DNA of 64,000 nt from a virus. The notes beneath the pieces are model-generated. The model did not search any database. It saw only the letters and a list, made by a program, of their open reading frames with translations, and was not told the origin of the DNA. The stretch spans positions 1 through 64,000 of the IMG/VR virus record IMGVR_UViG_3300044695_004134; one strand, written 5' to 3'. Both the position numbers and the translations under genes were made by a program. Shown here piece after piece: positions 9,986 to 20,964 of the stretch (its first letter is position 1; the number at the start of each line of letters is the position of its first letter).

Positions 9986-10762
9986 TTAGTTCAAATAAAA
10001 ATCTACCGGCAATTCGTACTTGCTGGACATTTCTTCTTCCAACGCTTTAATTTCTTCCGTTGCTTCATCAAAAATTACTTGCCCGTTTAAAACAACTCCA
10101 CCTGGAAGTTGAACACCCGCAAACTTTTTAAGATTAGTTCCCCAATTTTTCTTAATGAGTGCTGTGGCATATTCTTTGAGCCAACGGTCATTCCAGACCG
10201 ATGCGTATTGAGCAGAGTCAATCATTGCATACGATTCAGCAATCACCACATCACCTGCTTTCACGGCTGAACCCCATCCCCAATCACAAAACAGTTTGTT
10301 CATGTGTCGTTGATAACGAATTGGCACTTCACCTGTGAACAATAACTCAAGTGAACGGAGATGTTGCATCGTCAACGTATAGTTAACATAAGATGCCGAT
10401 GTAAAATCATACAGTTCATTCAGACGGAGTTGATAACGTAGGTCAAACATGTTGTTTGTGTTAACCGAGTCTGAAATTGGAAAGACACGTGTGACACCAA
10501 CAATCGTTACCGCATTATTACCAGCATCTCTTGTGACACTCGGTGACATATTGATATACTTGTTTGAAATATCAGTTGCGTCTAATTGCTTGATGTAGTA
10601 TACCTTTTGAAGCGCATCAAAATGGTAGTCTTGCCAGTACTGGAACGCATCATCGATTCGGTCTTCTATTTGATCGTCATCAAGGTTGATTTCGATAGTT
10701 GGAAAACCGAGTCTGCGGAGGCAGTATTCTTTAAATGTTTGTCTATTGGTAACCGAAGGCAT
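9986..10762 (-). CDS. gp13: Neck protein (head-tail adaptor)
   Basis: YCLRRLGFPTIEIN, WLKEYATALIK, LPGGVVLNG. Confidence 0.93.
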   Translation of the reverse strand: MPSVTNRQTFKEYCLRRLGFPTIEINLDDDQIEDRIDDAFQYWQDYHFDALQKVYYIKQLDATDISNKYINMSPSVTRDAGNNAVTIVGVTRVFPISDSVNTNNMFDLRYQLRLNELYDFTSASYVNYTLTMQHLRSLELLFTGEVPIRYQRHMNKLFCDWGWGSAVKAGDVVIAESYAMIDSAQYASVWNDRWLKEYATALIKKNWGTNLKKFAGVQLPGGVVLNGQVIFDEATEEIKALEEEMSSKYELPVDFYLN

Positions 10763-10785
10763 TAAAATTTCTCCTTATTATAAGG

Positions 10786-10793
10786 TATTTATT
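10786..10793 (-). promoter_or_regulatory. Late promoter variant AATAAATA
   Basis: 7/8 match just upstream of the gp13 RBS (AAGGAG). Confidence 0.5.
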
Positions 10794-10813
10794 GCCCAAT
10801 TACCTTATATAAA

Positions 10814-11005
10814 TCAGTTAATTACTTTGCTGGACAATGGACCTGGTGGCATGGTTGAACTTGGTTGACCCAATTGCTTTTGTGCCTGTTGTTGTACTAA
10901 ATTAAAGGTTTCTAGGGCAACATCAATTGGTAGTTTTGCTATACCATTAAGTACGATGTTGAGGTGTGGAATAGTCAATTCAATTGTTACTTTTTGTTCG
11001 TTCAT
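10814..11005 (-). CDS. Small hypothetical protein
   Basis: 63 aa ORF with AGGA RBS, co-oriented with neighbours. Confidence 0.65.
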   Translation of the reverse strand: MNEQKVTIELTIPHLNIVLNGIAKLPIDVALETFNLVQQQAQKQLGQPSSTMPPGPLSSKVIN

Positions 11006-11022
11006 AATTTTCCTATAAATTT

Positions 11023-11310
11023 CTATGTGGATAGTTGTTGTTGTATATTTGTTTTCATATATGAATCTTGTTCTTCTGTGACCCTATTTTGTATCCAAGA
11101 AACAATAGTTTCATCTGTCACTTCGTCAAATGGTATAAAATTACCAGTTAATTCATTTGTTGAAAACGTTGATGTTCCATATACACTACCGGTTTGTCCG
11201 GATTCATTTGTACCCACTAACGCCCAATAAACCTGAACGAGAGCATTTTCAAAACCATTTTCATTGATTTTCTTTTTTGTGTTTATTTTGTAGTTGTATG
11301 TAATAGACAT
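11023..11310 (-). CDS. Hypothetical protein, possibly tail-fibre associated
   Basis: Start reassigned to MSITYNY (11310), which follows a late promoter and GAGAG RBS; FIPFDEVTDETIVSWI motif. Confidence 0.65.
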   Translation of the reverse strand: MSITYNYKINTKKKINENGFENALVQVYWALVGTNESGQTGSVYGTSTFSTNELTGNFIPFDEVTDETIVSWIQNRVTEEQDSYMKTNIQQQLST

Positions 11311-11336
11311 TATTCTCTCATTTCCCGATTCTTGTA

Positions 11337-11344
11337 TATTTATA
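11337..11344 (-). promoter_or_regulatory. T4-type late promoter TATAAATA
   Basis: Exact match overlapping the permease stop codon. Confidence 0.7.
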
Positions 11345-12377
11345 GGAAGGTGAATAGACCAGCCACTAAAAGCATTGATGCTCCCCAAGTTCCTAATGCT
11401 TTATAGTATGTAGCCAATGGAGTTCCAAAGTATCTATTTCCAACGGCAACACATTTGTGTGTTGGACTTACTAGATATCCAACATAATCAACAGCAAAGA
11501 ACCATAAGAAATATTCTACTCCAAAAACCTGTGCGGTTAATACGGCAAATGCTATGTATTTTCCGCTACTACCCATCAGAAAACTGGCAACAAAACCGAT
11601 TGCACTGATCGTTGCCATACCCACAAATGTTGTTGGATCAATAACCGAACCTGTCAACCATGCTTTGAACATATCTTCTTGTGATTTGAAATAGTTGCCT
11701 AGAATGATAGCAACCGCCACGGTAAGAACAACTTGCCAGTTAATATAGTTAAAAATCTTTTTGTAATCCCAGGTTTGAGTAATCAAACAATAATATAATG
11801 CAAGCAATCCAAAGATTTCAAAGACATTATTTTTTCCACCCATATAAATGTATACACCTATTGCGGTAAAGAAAGGTAAAACGTTCCGAAGAACTGCTGA
11901 AATTTTAAAGTCACCGGTGCGGTCGATGTGTATATCTTCTTCTTTAACTGTGAAAAAAATGTAACCTGCAATGAATGCAAGTGATACTGCAAGAAGTGGC
12001 CAAACCATTGACATCCATGCGGCATAAGTTAAACCAAATGCGGCAATTGGTAAAATGACTGTCTTTTCTAATGGGCTCCAAAGATAATAATGGTGGTTGC
12101 CAAGGTAGTCCACGATACCCATTTTTTCTCTACCGTGATTGTGTGAATGATTTGAACACATCGTGTCTAATACACCAGCACTGACTGTAACTCGACCCTC
12201 GATTGGTAAAATTCCACCAATTGCTGACACCAATGCAACCATTATACGATTGCTTTTAACAGTATCTTGAATATATGCAAACGCACTAGCGAAAAGATTT
12301 TGTTCTTTTGCAATACCAGCCGTAATCATAATGAATACCAACATCCACAAATATTCTAAACCTTTCAATAAAAACAT
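11340..12377 (-). CDS. Polytopic membrane protein, DUF401/ion-transporter-superfamily-like permease
   Basis: 345 aa with roughly 10 hydrophobic segments; GILPIEGR and SPTHKC...RYF resemble DUF401-type motifs. Confidence 0.6.
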   Translation of the reverse strand: MFLLKGLEYLWMLVFIMITAGIAKEQNLFASAFAYIQDTVKSNRIMVALVSAIGGILPIEGRVTVSAGVLDTMCSNHSHNHGREKMGIVDYLGNHHYYLWSPLEKTVILPIAAFGLTYAAWMSMVWPLLAVSLAFIAGYIFFTVKEEDIHIDRTGDFKISAVLRNVLPFFTAIGVYIYMGGKNNVFEIFGLLALYYCLITQTWDYKKIFNYINWQVVLTVAVAIILGNYFKSQEDMFKAWLTGSVIDPTTFVGMATISAIGFVASFLMGSSGKYIAFAVLTAQVFGVEYFLWFFAVDYVGYLVSPTHKCVAVGNRYFGTPLATYYKALGTWGASMLLVAGLFTFL

Positions 12378-12378
12378 T

Positions 12379-14007
12379 TTATCTCCTAATAATTACAATA
12401 TACAGTCCATTCCACCATTGGTCTGGATCTTCTATTTCATTTAGAATTAGTTTCTCATAAATTACTTCTAAACCTGCTTCTTTGATACCTTCTTTTGCTC
12501 CAGAAACTACTCCGTCAAAGTTTGCATCATCAAAAATCAATATGGATTCATCTATAAATTTATCTGAAAAATACCTAACTGCGGCACTTGTCATCTCATG
12601 TGAGTGTTCAGCGTCATAGAAAAACATATCAATGTACTCTATTTGTTTTTTATCGACCTGTAAAAAATGGCTGTCGAAAAGTCTAACGGTATTATCATTT
12701 TTAAACTGTCTAACATTATCTATGAATGTTTGCTTTGACGTTTTTATGTTTGTTGTTCCGTTTGATGCCTGTGTTTCACTTTTCCAATAATCTACCGCAT
12801 ATGCTTTGAGTGAATTTCCATCCAAAGTACTACAGAAAGTACCACCATTTAAAACACCAATTTCTAGATATGACGTTGATATTTTACCTAATTGATTCAA
12901 TAATTGTCTGGTTCGGTTTGCAGTTATACCTTCTACTGTTCGGTTCAATTTAACATTTACCGAATCGACTAATATGTTTGCTACAGCTTCAACTTTTTTG
13001 TTGTTTGTATTGCCTTTGGCATGCCAAACCTTATCACAGTAGTTACAATCCCAACAATCAAACTTGCATGTTTTTATCTTATTGCGCCAGATATCAATTG
13101 GCTTATTTTCAAGACCGGTTTCTTTCAAATAGTCGTCAAATGTATCAAATAAAACCTCATCGTTATTTGCAAAACGTTTGATGATGTTCATAGTTTCAAA
13201 CATTCTGTCGGTGCTTTCTCGACCATGCATTTTGATTACGTCTACATACTGTAGCAATTCAATCCAGTCTTCTCTCCAAGGTGGAAAGTTTGCCGTTTTT
13301 AATGCGATTGCTTTGTCGTGTGTGTCCCATTGTGGACAACTGACTCTACTAATTGGGTCATTGAAATATTGTGGTCCAGTTCTTGTGTTGTTGAACTGAA
13401 AGTGTTCATCCATTACTGGACAACCACCTAAACAACCTTCATTAGCAAGAAGTGAAATTTTTATATTGTATTTTTCTTTTACTTTTTTAATTTCACCAAG
13501 TCTTACTTGATCCCTCATCAAATCTCGGTCTAGGTTTACGTAATCAAAACCAGCTTCTGCCAAATTTGCAACATCTCTGGCTTCACTTACATTCCGAAGA
13601 ATAGTATTCTTTACAAACAAGTCTGGAAATTCTGATTTAATTTGACCAGTTTTCATCCAATGTGTATGTGGTAAAGTGCAGGTTTTGATTCCAGACTCAT
13701 ACAATGGTCTAAAATTTTTAATCCAAATGTCCAGATTTTTTTGGTCTGGCCGCACTTCAATGTTGTTAAAAGTTGCAGATACTGGAATACCAGTTTCTCT
13801 TTGGACATGGAGTGCGGTTTGAATGGCAAATAAATTATCTTCTGTTTGTATGAAGATATCACCCATAGCATCCTGAAGAAACGGTGCAATCCTGCAAGTA
13901 AAGTATATGTCGTATATGTAATCTTTATACGTTTTACAAAACTCTAAGAATTCCTTGAACTGTTCCTCATTCAGCTTGGGATTGAGGGGTATACTAAATA
14001 TTTTCAC
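12379..14007 (-). CDS. U32-family (peptidase U32/UbiU-like) Fe-S domain fused to class I SAM methyltransferase
   Basis: LDRD, NEGCLGGCP, SRVSC, KMHGRE (compare U32 KIEGR) and CKFDCWDCNYC; C-terminal YLEIGVLNGGT...FYDAEH...IFDD (Methyltransf_24-like). Likely GTG start at 14007. Confidence 0.7.
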   Translation of the reverse strand: MKIFSIPLNPKLNEEQFKEFLEFCKTYKDYIYDIYFTCRIAPFLQDAMGDIFIQTEDNLFAIQTALHVQRETGIPVSATFNNIEVRPDQKNLDIWIKNFRPLYESGIKTCTLPHTHWMKTGQIKSEFPDLFVKNTILRNVSEARDVANLAEAGFDYVNLDRDLMRDQVRLGEIKKVKEKYNIKISLLANEGCLGGCPVMDEHFQFNNTRTGPQYFNDPISRVSCPQWDTHDKAIALKTANFPPWREDWIELLQYVDVIKMHGRESTDRMFETMNIIKRFANNDEVLFDTFDDYLKETGLENKPIDIWRNKIKTCKFDCWDCNYCDKVWHAKGNTNNKKVEAVANILVDSVNVKLNRTVEGITANRTRQLLNQLGKISTSYLEIGVLNGGTFCSTLDGNSLKAYAVDYWKSETQASNGTTNIKTSKQTFIDNVRQFKNDNTVRLFDSHFLQVDKKQIEYIDMFFYDAEHSHEMTSAAVRYFSDKFIDESILIFDDANFDGVVSGAKEGIKEAGLEVIYEKLILNEIEDPDQWWNGLYIVIIRR

Positions 14008-14707
14008 CTTGATTTTTATTTTCAATTTTAAGTTGTTGTTTAACTACATCATCAATATAATTCATGTCACCAGGTTTATTTTGGGACAATTCTAGTTCTT
14101 CGAGGGCTTTCTTTTCTAACACACCAATACCTCTATTTAAAACCGTATTGTATTTTAATGCGGCCTTAATGGTTTCTTCTTGGTCGTGAAGTGGCATCAT
14201 TGCAATAGAATCTAAATTACCTTGTCCGATTCTACCTTGAGACATTAAATCCATTGCGGCTTGTTTGGCCATTCTGGTGACCCAATAATTGCGTTCTTCA
14301 ACTTCATCGTGCTTCTCATAGCTTTTCAAATCATCAACAGTTGGAACAATATCTTTAATTATTTTAGCAAAATTGTCCAACTCTTCCATACATACTTTGT
14401 ATTTTCTTTCATAAACATTCAGATCATAATTGAATTGGTCTAACTCAATAAGTAATAATTCTTTCTTTAGTTCATCTGTTTCATTTTCAATATCTCGATT
14501 GACTATCTTGATTTGAGTGTTAGTTTTCCATACGTTTCTTTCAATTTGTCTTTTTGCTGCCAATCTGGTTTCTATTTCCAGTAATGCTTGTCTAACTCTC
14601 CTATAATTTGTTACTTGTGAGTTTACAACAAAGTATCTCGACTGAAAATCTGACATTGCCCATGAGCCATAATTTTCAACAATTTCATAAATCTGATTAT
14701 TTTCCAT
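13994..14707 (-). CDS. Hypothetical coiled-coil protein
   Basis: 237 aa charged helical ORF coupled to both neighbours. Confidence 0.75.
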   Translation of the reverse strand: MENNQIYEIVENYGSWAMSDFQSRYFVVNSQVTNYRRVRQALLEIETRLAAKRQIERNVWKTNTQIKIVNRDIENETDELKKELLLIELDQFNYDLNVYERKYKVCMEELDNFAKIIKDIVPTVDDLKSYEKHDEVEERNYWVTRMAKQAAMDLMSQGRIGQGNLDSIAMMPLHDQEETIKAALKYNTVLNRGIGVLEKKALEELELSQNKPGDMNYIDDVVKQQLKIENKNQGENI

Positions 14708-14708
14708 A

Positions 14709-15260
14709 TTAAAATCCTAAAATAAAATGCATCTTACCTTTTCTTGAATCTGTAGTTTCATCCCACATAAACAATTCTCTCAACTGTGTTCTGGTCATTT
14801 CTATACCCAATAATTCTTCCTTTTTATATGCAATTTCTCTAACTGTTGTGCAAGATTCAATTGCATTTAAAATTTCTTGTTCACCATCTCTGCTATCTCT
14901 TGCGTCAAATATTTCTTGAACATTCAACCTGAACACACGCTTTAATAAACTAACCGTTGCGGCTTCTGTTTCTGGTGTGTGGTAAACTTTTGTTTTTCTT
15001 TTACCTTGTGCGAGTTGATCTGCATCTGGCTCCAAGCCTTCAACATCGGAATATGCAGACCTATATCCTCTAACTTCACCATAAAATTTCCAGGCAACTG
15101 TACCCTCAATTTCTGGTATTTCTTCGTGTGTTACACCGTCAAACGGATTAGTTTCCAACACTTCATCACTCACACTATATATCTGAAAACCACTCATTGA
15201 TGTTACTTGTGAAATTCCTTGTGGAATATTTCTCTTAAAATTTGCTAAAAAATATCTCAT
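14709..15260 (-). CDS. Hypothetical protein
   Basis: 183 aa ORF with GAGG RBS, inside the cassette. Confidence 0.75.
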   Translation of the reverse strand: MRYFLANFKRNIPQGISQVTSMSGFQIYSVSDEVLETNPFDGVTHEEIPEIEGTVAWKFYGEVRGYRSAYSDVEGLEPDADQLAQGKRKTKVYHTPETEAATVSLLKRVFRLNVQEIFDARDSRDGEQEILNAIESCTTVREIAYKKEELLGIEMTRTQLRELFMWDETTDSRKGKMHFILGF

Positions 15261-15270
15261 GTGTTTGTCC

Positions 15271-16299
15271 TCAAACTGATGCTGATGCCATTGCGGCAGA
15301 ACTTATCCCATCATGCCCTTTTGGTTGTGCTGTTGACCCTAGTACAGTATATGTATCCGTACCGTGGGTCACTTTATATGTGTTGTTGTTTTGTGCGCCA
15401 TTATATTCACCTAAACAATAACCCCAATTTTGTCCTGTTTCATAATTTTCTTCACCAGAATTGTTAAAACTTAAATCAGTTCTAATATTTGAACCAGTTG
15501 TATCATTTATTTTATATGCACTTGCAGTTGTATTACCACCGTTTTTAACATAAGCATAACCTTCTTTTGTTTTCAGTGCTTTACCCCAGCCATCAGTACC
15601 AACTGTTAGTCCAGCAGAACTCCATGTTTCTGTAGCAAATTCTATTTTATGGTTGCGGCTTCCGTTATAAGACTGTTTTACCCAACCGTAATATTGACCA
15701 TACCATGCACAGACGAAATCCCCTGGAGTGCCGGCTGAACCACCTTGACCTGTTGCATACATAACTTCTGTTACCAAATTATGTTTATCTATGTTTGTTG
15801 CAGTTCCTAATATCCATGCTAATGATAAATTCGCATTTATTATTACACCAGCATCACCATAACTGTCGTAAGATTGTTTAGTGTCCCAAGCAGAATCGTG
15901 GGTTCTACCAGATTCTGTAACCATATTGTATGACGAAGTATATGTTCCTGTTCCAGGCCATGATTCTGAGGTTGCATATATGTATTGATAATAATCATTA
16001 TAACTTCCATCAACATATGCGGCATTTCTATCTATCGAATCACCTAAATTTGTTGTCGTATCTGTTGCATGTATAGTTTTATTGGTGTTCTTCCATGGGC
16101 TTGTATCTTTATAACCACCTACCACATATCCTTTGTAATATATTGTTCTGTATTTAAAAGGATTTGCTGAGAATGGATTTGATGTTTGTGTGTCACCGTA
16201 AACAGTCCATGAACTATTAGAATCATAAATGTAAAGTACACCATTATCTGACACATAAGTGTTACCAACTGATGGTGACGAAGGGAAGTCGAAAGCCAT
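15271..16299 (-). CDS. Kelch-like beta-propeller protein (paralog B)
   Basis: Start MAFDFPSSP at 16299 (TAATG overlap); repeated GY..GG/...T(D/E)T blades; clear paralog of 16299..17348. Confidence 0.6.
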   Translation of the reverse strand: MAFDFPSSPSVGNTYVSDNGVLYIYDSNSSWTVYGDTQTSNPFSANPFKYRTIYYKGYVVGGYKDTSPWKNTNKTIHATDTTTNLGDSIDRNAAYVDGSYNDYYQYIYATSESWPGTGTYTSSYNMVTESGRTHDSAWDTKQSYDSYGDAGVIINANLSLAWILGTATNIDKHNLVTEVMYATGQGGSAGTPGDFVCAWYGQYYGWVKQSYNGSRNHKIEFATETWSSAGLTVGTDGWGKALKTKEGYAYVKNGGNTTASAYKINDTTGSNIRTDLSFNNSGEENYETGQNWGYCLGEYNGAQNNNTYKVTHGTDTYTVLGSTAQPKGHDGISSAAMASASV

Positions 16300-17348
16300 T
16301 ATACACCACCCAATAAGAATGCTGAGGCTGTGCCGCAACATCCTGAACTCATTCCATCATGTCCTTTTGGTTGTGTGTCTGAGCCCATAGCTGTTGAAGT
16401 ATCAGTTAGATAATTTATTTTTTGTGTATTGTTTGTTTGATTACCATTGTAAGAACCCAAACTATAACCGTGATTTTGGCCAATCTGGTGATTTTCTTCA
16501 CCGCATGTATCAGGTCTGGCTACTGTTGTTATAGCAGTTGTACCTGGAACAAAATCATTCCATTTATTATAAGTTGCAGAACCACCGTAAGAACCTGTTG
16601 CACAATAACCATAACCCATTTTAGTTGATAACCCTTTAGGTTGTCCGTCTGATCCCGAACTCCATGTACCAGAAATCCATGTTTCTGTAGCAAATTCTAT
16701 ATATGCGGCGGTGCTATTAACTGCAATCCATCCTCTAAACTGGCCATGCAGTGTAGCTATACCACCAGCTGTACCACCAGCTGATGCAGGATTGGCTCCT
16801 ACAGAACCTGCATTGTACATTGTTTCTGTTACATAGTTATGTTTATCTGTTGCTGTAGAACCTCCGGCAGTTATATAACCAACGGTTAACGATCCGTTCA
16901 TCAATACGTCAGTATCACCTCTAGTTGTTTTTGTGTTCCATATAGAATTGTGAGTTCTTCCTGAATCTGTTGACATATTAACAGATGATGTGTGTGTTGA
17001 AGAGCCATTTACTGCACCGGACATTCCATAAACATAATGATAATAGTCACTAAAGCCACCGCCAATATAAGAAGCATTATAGTCAACCATGTCTCCAAGA
17101 TTAGTAGTCACATCAGTTGAGTGCTGAGTTTTGTTTACGTTTCTCCAAGGTGAACCACTTTTATATCCAGCTGAAACATATCCTCTTGTGTATATTGTTC
17201 TATATCTAAAAGAATCCGTAAAAGGGTTTGATGGTTGTGTGTCACCCTTTGTGGTCCAAGATGCACTTGTGTCGTACAGATAGATGTAACCTGTTGGTGC
17301 AACGAATTGCGTTCCTGTTGTTGGTGAAGTTGGAAAAATAAAAGCCAT
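16299..17348 (-). CDS. Kelch-like beta-propeller protein (paralog A)
   Basis: Shares F(K/R)YRTIY, GYKxxSPW, GRTH, IEFATETW, GEEN and QPKGHDG with paralog B. Confidence 0.6.
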   Translation of the reverse strand: MAFIFPTSPTTGTQFVAPTGYIYLYDTSASWTTKGDTQPSNPFTDSFRYRTIYTRGYVSAGYKSGSPWRNVNKTQHSTDVTTNLGDMVDYNASYIGGGFSDYYHYVYGMSGAVNGSSTHTSSVNMSTDSGRTHNSIWNTKTTRGDTDVLMNGSLTVGYITAGGSTATDKHNYVTETMYNAGSVGANPASAGGTAGGIATLHGQFRGWIAVNSTAAYIEFATETWISGTWSSGSDGQPKGLSTKMGYGYCATGSYGGSATYNKWNDFVPGTTAITTVARPDTCGEENHQIGQNHGYSLGSYNGNQTNNTQKINYLTDTSTAMGSDTQPKGHDGMSSGCCGTASAFLLGGV

Positions 17349-17379
17349 TTTAGTACTTTGTGTTACTTACCATATAGAA

Positions 17380-17387
17380 TATTTATT
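17380..17387 (-). promoter_or_regulatory. Late promoter variant AATAAATA
   Basis: 7/8 match in the intergenic gap heading the six-gene cassette. Confidence 0.5.
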
Positions 17388-17397
17388 GCTGTATATC

Positions 17398-20300
17398 TTA
17401 TACATCTATCAATTTAGAAATAAGAGATTCGAGCATAGCTACTCTAGCACGAAGGTCTACAACCTCTTTGGCAAGTTCTACGGACGAAGCCAGAGCGGCA
17501 TTACCATATGAAACAGATAAAGTTTTCATATCATCATTTGCAGTCAGTATAGCTTCTGGTAATAATTCCTGTAATGACTGTGCTGATACACCAACTTGTG
17601 TTAAATCTTTTTCATCAATACGTTCATATATACCGACTTTAACTTGCGCCAATCGAGTGACATAGTTTACTGGCATATTACGCCAATTTTTCTTCAGTCT
17701 TTCGTCCGAAAATGACGTTACGCTTCCGGCCGCAGTCATGTTTCCGGACATGTCAAGCACCCAGCGGTTAGCTGACGCCGACCAACCACCAATACGAAGT
17801 ACGTTATCAGAATCCAGACCCATGTTGACAGCAAAAGCGCCGCTTCTATGGAATGACATAAACGCAGAATTACCGCCTGTTGCATATGCTTGGAGTGGTG
17901 GAGAACTTAAACTTCCTGATGTTCCACCTAAGTTAGACTGGAAATATGTTTCGGTAGTAACTGTGCTACCAAAACCTGGTCCAATTGGTCCAATTGGTCC
18001 GATTGGTCCAATGGGTCCTTGACCACCACCTGGTCCAATGGGTCCAATTGGTCCGATTGGTCCAATGGGTCCTTGACCACCACCTGGTCCAATGGGTCCA
18101 ATGGGTCCTTGTGGTCCTGTTGGTCCTCTGGGTCCGATAGGTCCAATAGGTCCGATAGGTCCAATAGGTCCGATAGGTCCAATGGGTCCTTGTGGTCCAA
18201 TTGGTCCGATAGGTCCAATAGGTCCGATAGGTCCAATGGGTCCTTGTGGTCCAATTGGTCCGATAGGTCCGATTGGGCCAGCAGGACCACCAGGTCCTTG
18301 ATTACCAATTGGTCCGATAGGTCCGATTGGGCCAGCAGGACCACCAGGTCCTTGATTACCAATTGGTCCGATTGGGCCAGCAGGACCACCAGGTCCTTGA
18401 TTACCAATTGGTCCGATAGGTCCGATTGGGCCAGCAGGACCACCAGGTCCTTGATTACCAATTGGTCCGATAGGTCCAATAGGTCCTTGTGGTCCAATCA
18501 GCCCGCTGTTTGGACCTGTCCATGCTCCAGATGAATTGATAACTTGACCGTATCCCTCAATTCCTAATGAACCTACACTTGTCGTGCCTGTTACTGTAAG
18601 TGTGCTGTTTGCGGTAACTGGTCCAGTGATTACGCCACCTGCTTTTGAAAAGTAAAGCGTAAAATCTGGAATTGGGAAAGCATCAACCCATTGTGAACTG
18701 GTTCCATCATAGTATCGTATTTTCAGTTTACCTGTGTCTGATTCCCACCAGAAATCACCAGGAGTAAAAATTGAAGGTGCTGTATCACTAATAGTAATAG
18801 TGGGAATATTTCTCCACGCTTGCCATGTGCCGGAAGATTTTCCTCTTACAGCAATACCACCTGTACGGAAGTCACCATAAATTTCATGGTACCAATCAGT
18901 GCTGTAACCTGCAACATATAATCCACCATCTGATTGTGAACCAACTGAACCACCTAGGCCATAGGATGATGGGATATTAGAATTTACATATCCAACAGCA
19001 TTAAGTGAAGTGGGGCTACTTGCGTCTAATGGGTTGCTAGAAATTGCAGAAGTGAAGTTTGGTGCAACTGCTCCAATTGGTCCAATAGGTCCAATTGGTC
19101 CAATTGGTCCTTGTGGTCCAGTATTACCGATAGGTCCAATTGGCCCGATAGGTCCTTGTGGCCCGATAGGTCCGATTGGTCCAATTGGTCCGATTGGACC
19201 CTGTGGTCCGATAGGTCCAATAGGTCCAATTGGTCCGATTGGACCCTGTGGTCCGATAGGTCCAATAGGTCCAATTGGTCCGATTGGACCCTGTGGTCCT
19301 GTTGGTCCAATAGGTCCGATTGGCCCGATAGGTCCTTGTGGTCCAATGGGTCCAATAGGACCGATGGGTCCGATTGGACCCTGTGGTCCTGTATTACCAA
19401 TGGGTCCGATAGGTCCTTGATTTCCGATTGGACCAATAGGTCCGATGGGTCCTTGTGGTCCAGTTGGTCCAGTATTACCGATTGGACCAATAGGTCCTTG
19501 ATTTCCGATTGGACCAATAGGTCCTTGTGGTCCGATTGGACCGATGGGTCCTTGTGGTCCGATTGGACCGATGGGTCCAGTATTACCGATTGGTCCGATA
19601 GGTCCTTGATTTCCGATTGGTCCCTGTGGTCCAGTAGGACCCAATGGTCCAATTGGGCCGATAGGTCCTTGATTACCAATCGGTCCTTGATTACCAATGG
19701 GTCCAATTGGTCCCTGTGGTCCTGTATTACCGATTGGTCCGATAGGTCCTTGTGGTCCGATTGGTCCAATTGGGCCGATAGGTCCTTGATTACCAATCGG
19801 TCCGATAGGTCCTTGTGGACCAGTTACACCTTGATTACCAATTGGACCAATTGGGCCGATAGGTCCGATAGGTCCTTGTGGTCCAGAAACTCCTTGATTA
19901 CCAATCGGTCCGATGGGTCCTTGTGGTCCAGTTACGCCTTGATTACCAATCGGTCCGATAGGTCCTTGCGGACCGGTTGGACCCTGATTACCAATTGGTC
20001 CAATGGGCCCGATAGGTCCAATGGGTCCCTGTGGTCCAGTGTTGCCGATAGGACCCTGTGGTCCAGTATTACCAATAGGTCCCTGTGGACCAATTGGACC
20101 CTGTGGTCCAGTTGGTCCAGTATCACCGATTGGTCCGATAGGTCCTTGTGGACCAATCACGCCTTGATTACCAATGGGTCCAATTGGTCCCTGTGGTCCA
20201 GTTACGCCTTGATTACCAATAGGTCCAATTGGTCCCTGTGGTCCTGTTGGACCTGGTGAACCTACTGCACCTGATATATTAACATCCCAATTGCTGTATG

Positions 20301-20964
20301 TACCTGAACCAGAAAAACCAACTGTTAAGAATTCTATAAAACCATTTGACGATTCGTAGTGTGTTACATCAGCATCTTGGTATAATGAAACAGTGTTAGC
20401 AATACGAAAAATTTGACCTATCGAATATGCAAGCCCAGTTCCAATAATAATACTTCGTGTATTTCCGTCACCAACTATCGTGTATGAAGTGCTACTTGTC
20501 GTGCGATATCTATCACCAACTGGACCTTGTGGGCCAGTTGCTCCAGTAGGACCTTGTGGTCCTGTTGGACCTGGAGTTAATGAAATGTTATTGGCGTAAT
20601 CAAATGATGCTTGTGCAGTAATATTTGCACTATTGGCACGACTGAAAGCCGCATTAATAATTGGCGATAGTGTTTCACCAATAATAATTTTATCGTTTGA
20701 TGAATAACCAGTAAGTGTAATGCCATTGGTACTTTCGAACGATAGAATGTCTGTTGCTGATGTGGGTACTAAGAGAGTACCATTCACATTCACCGACTCA
20801 AAAACATCCTGTAGGCGGATCGTTTTGATTTGATCCGACTCATTCTTATAATAGATAATACCATCATTGTAATTGATGGCCAATTCACCATAATTTAAAC
20901 CATTCGCATCAGGAACAATACCTGTTACGCCTGATTTTTTAATTTGAATTACTGTATTTGTCAT
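17398..20964 (-). CDS. Collagen-like tail fibre with C-terminal S74 intramolecular chaperone
   Basis: Long Gly-X-Y runs (GPI/GPQ/GNQ) and an SDERLKK autocleavage motif near the C-terminus. Confidence 0.88.
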   Translation of the reverse strand: MTNTVIQIKKSGVTGIVPDANGLNYGELAINYNDGIIYYKNESDQIKTIRLQDVFESVNVNGTLLVPTSATDILSFESTNGITLTGYSSNDKIIIGETLSPIINAAFSRANSANITAQASFDYANNISLTPGPTGPQGPTGATGPQGPVGDRYRTTSSTSYTIVGDGNTRSIIIGTGLAYSIGQIFRIANTVSLYQDADVTHYESSNGFIEFLTVGFSGSGTYSNWDVNISGAVGSPGPTGPQGPIGPIGNQGVTGPQGPIGPIGNQGVIGPQGPIGPIGDTGPTGPQGPIGPQGPIGNTGPQGPIGNTGPQGPIGPIGPIGPIGNQGPTGPQGPIGPIGNQGVTGPQGPIGPIGNQGVSGPQGPIGPIGPIGPIGNQGVTGPQGPIGPIGNQGPIGPIGPIGPQGPIGPIGNTGPQGPIGPIGNQGPIGNQGPIGPIGPLGPTGPQGPIGNQGPIGPIGNTGPIGPIGPQGPIGPIGPQGPIGPIGNQGPIGPIGNTGPTGPQGPIGPIGPIGNQGPIGPIGNTGPQGPIGPIGPIGPIGPQGPIGPIGPIGPTGPQGPIGPIGPIGPIGPQGPIGPIGPIGPIGPQGPIGPIGPIGPIGPQGPIGPIGPIGNTGPQGPIGPIGPIGPIGAVAPNFTSAISSNPLDASSPTSLNAVGYVNSNIPSSYGLGGSVGSQSDGGLYVAGYSTDWYHEIYGDFRTGGIAVRGKSSGTWQAWRNIPTITISDTAPSIFTPGDFWWESDTGKLKIRYYDGTSSQWVDAFPIPDFTLYFSKAGGVITGPVTANSTLTVTGTTSVGSLGIEGYGQVINSSGAWTGPNSGLIGPQGPIGPIGPIGNQGPGGPAGPIGPIGPIGNQGPGGPAGPIGPIGNQGPGGPAGPIGPIGPIGNQGPGGPAGPIGPIGPIGPQGPIGPIGPIGPIGPIGPQGPIGPIGPIGPIGPIGPIGPRGPTGPQGPIGPIGPGGGQGPIGPIGPIGPIGPGGGQGPIGPIGPIGPIGPGFGSTVTTETYFQSNLGGTSGSLSSPPLQAYATGGNSAFMSFHRSGAFAVNMGLDSDNVLRIGGWSASANRWVLDMSGNMTAAGSVTSFSDERLKKNWRNMPVNYVTRLAQVKVGIYERIDEKDLTQVGVSAQSLQELLPEAILTANDDMKTLSVSYGNAALASSVELAKEVVDLRARVAMLESLISKLIDV
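17977..18495. repeat. 9-bp-period collagen repeat array (distal block, fibre 1)
   Basis: ggtcc(a/g)at(t/a/g) units with 45-54 bp higher-order duplications encoding [12 protein letters not shown]. Confidence 0.9.
19066..20262. repeat. 9-bp-period collagen repeat array (main block, fibre 1)
   Basis: About 1.2 kb of uninterrupted Gly-X-Y codons. Confidence 0.92.

Noticed and set aside
15271-17348. Paralogous propeller genes as a diversity-generating retroelement TR/VR pair
   Set aside because: Divergence is spread throughout rather than adenine-specific, and no reverse transcriptase is in the window.
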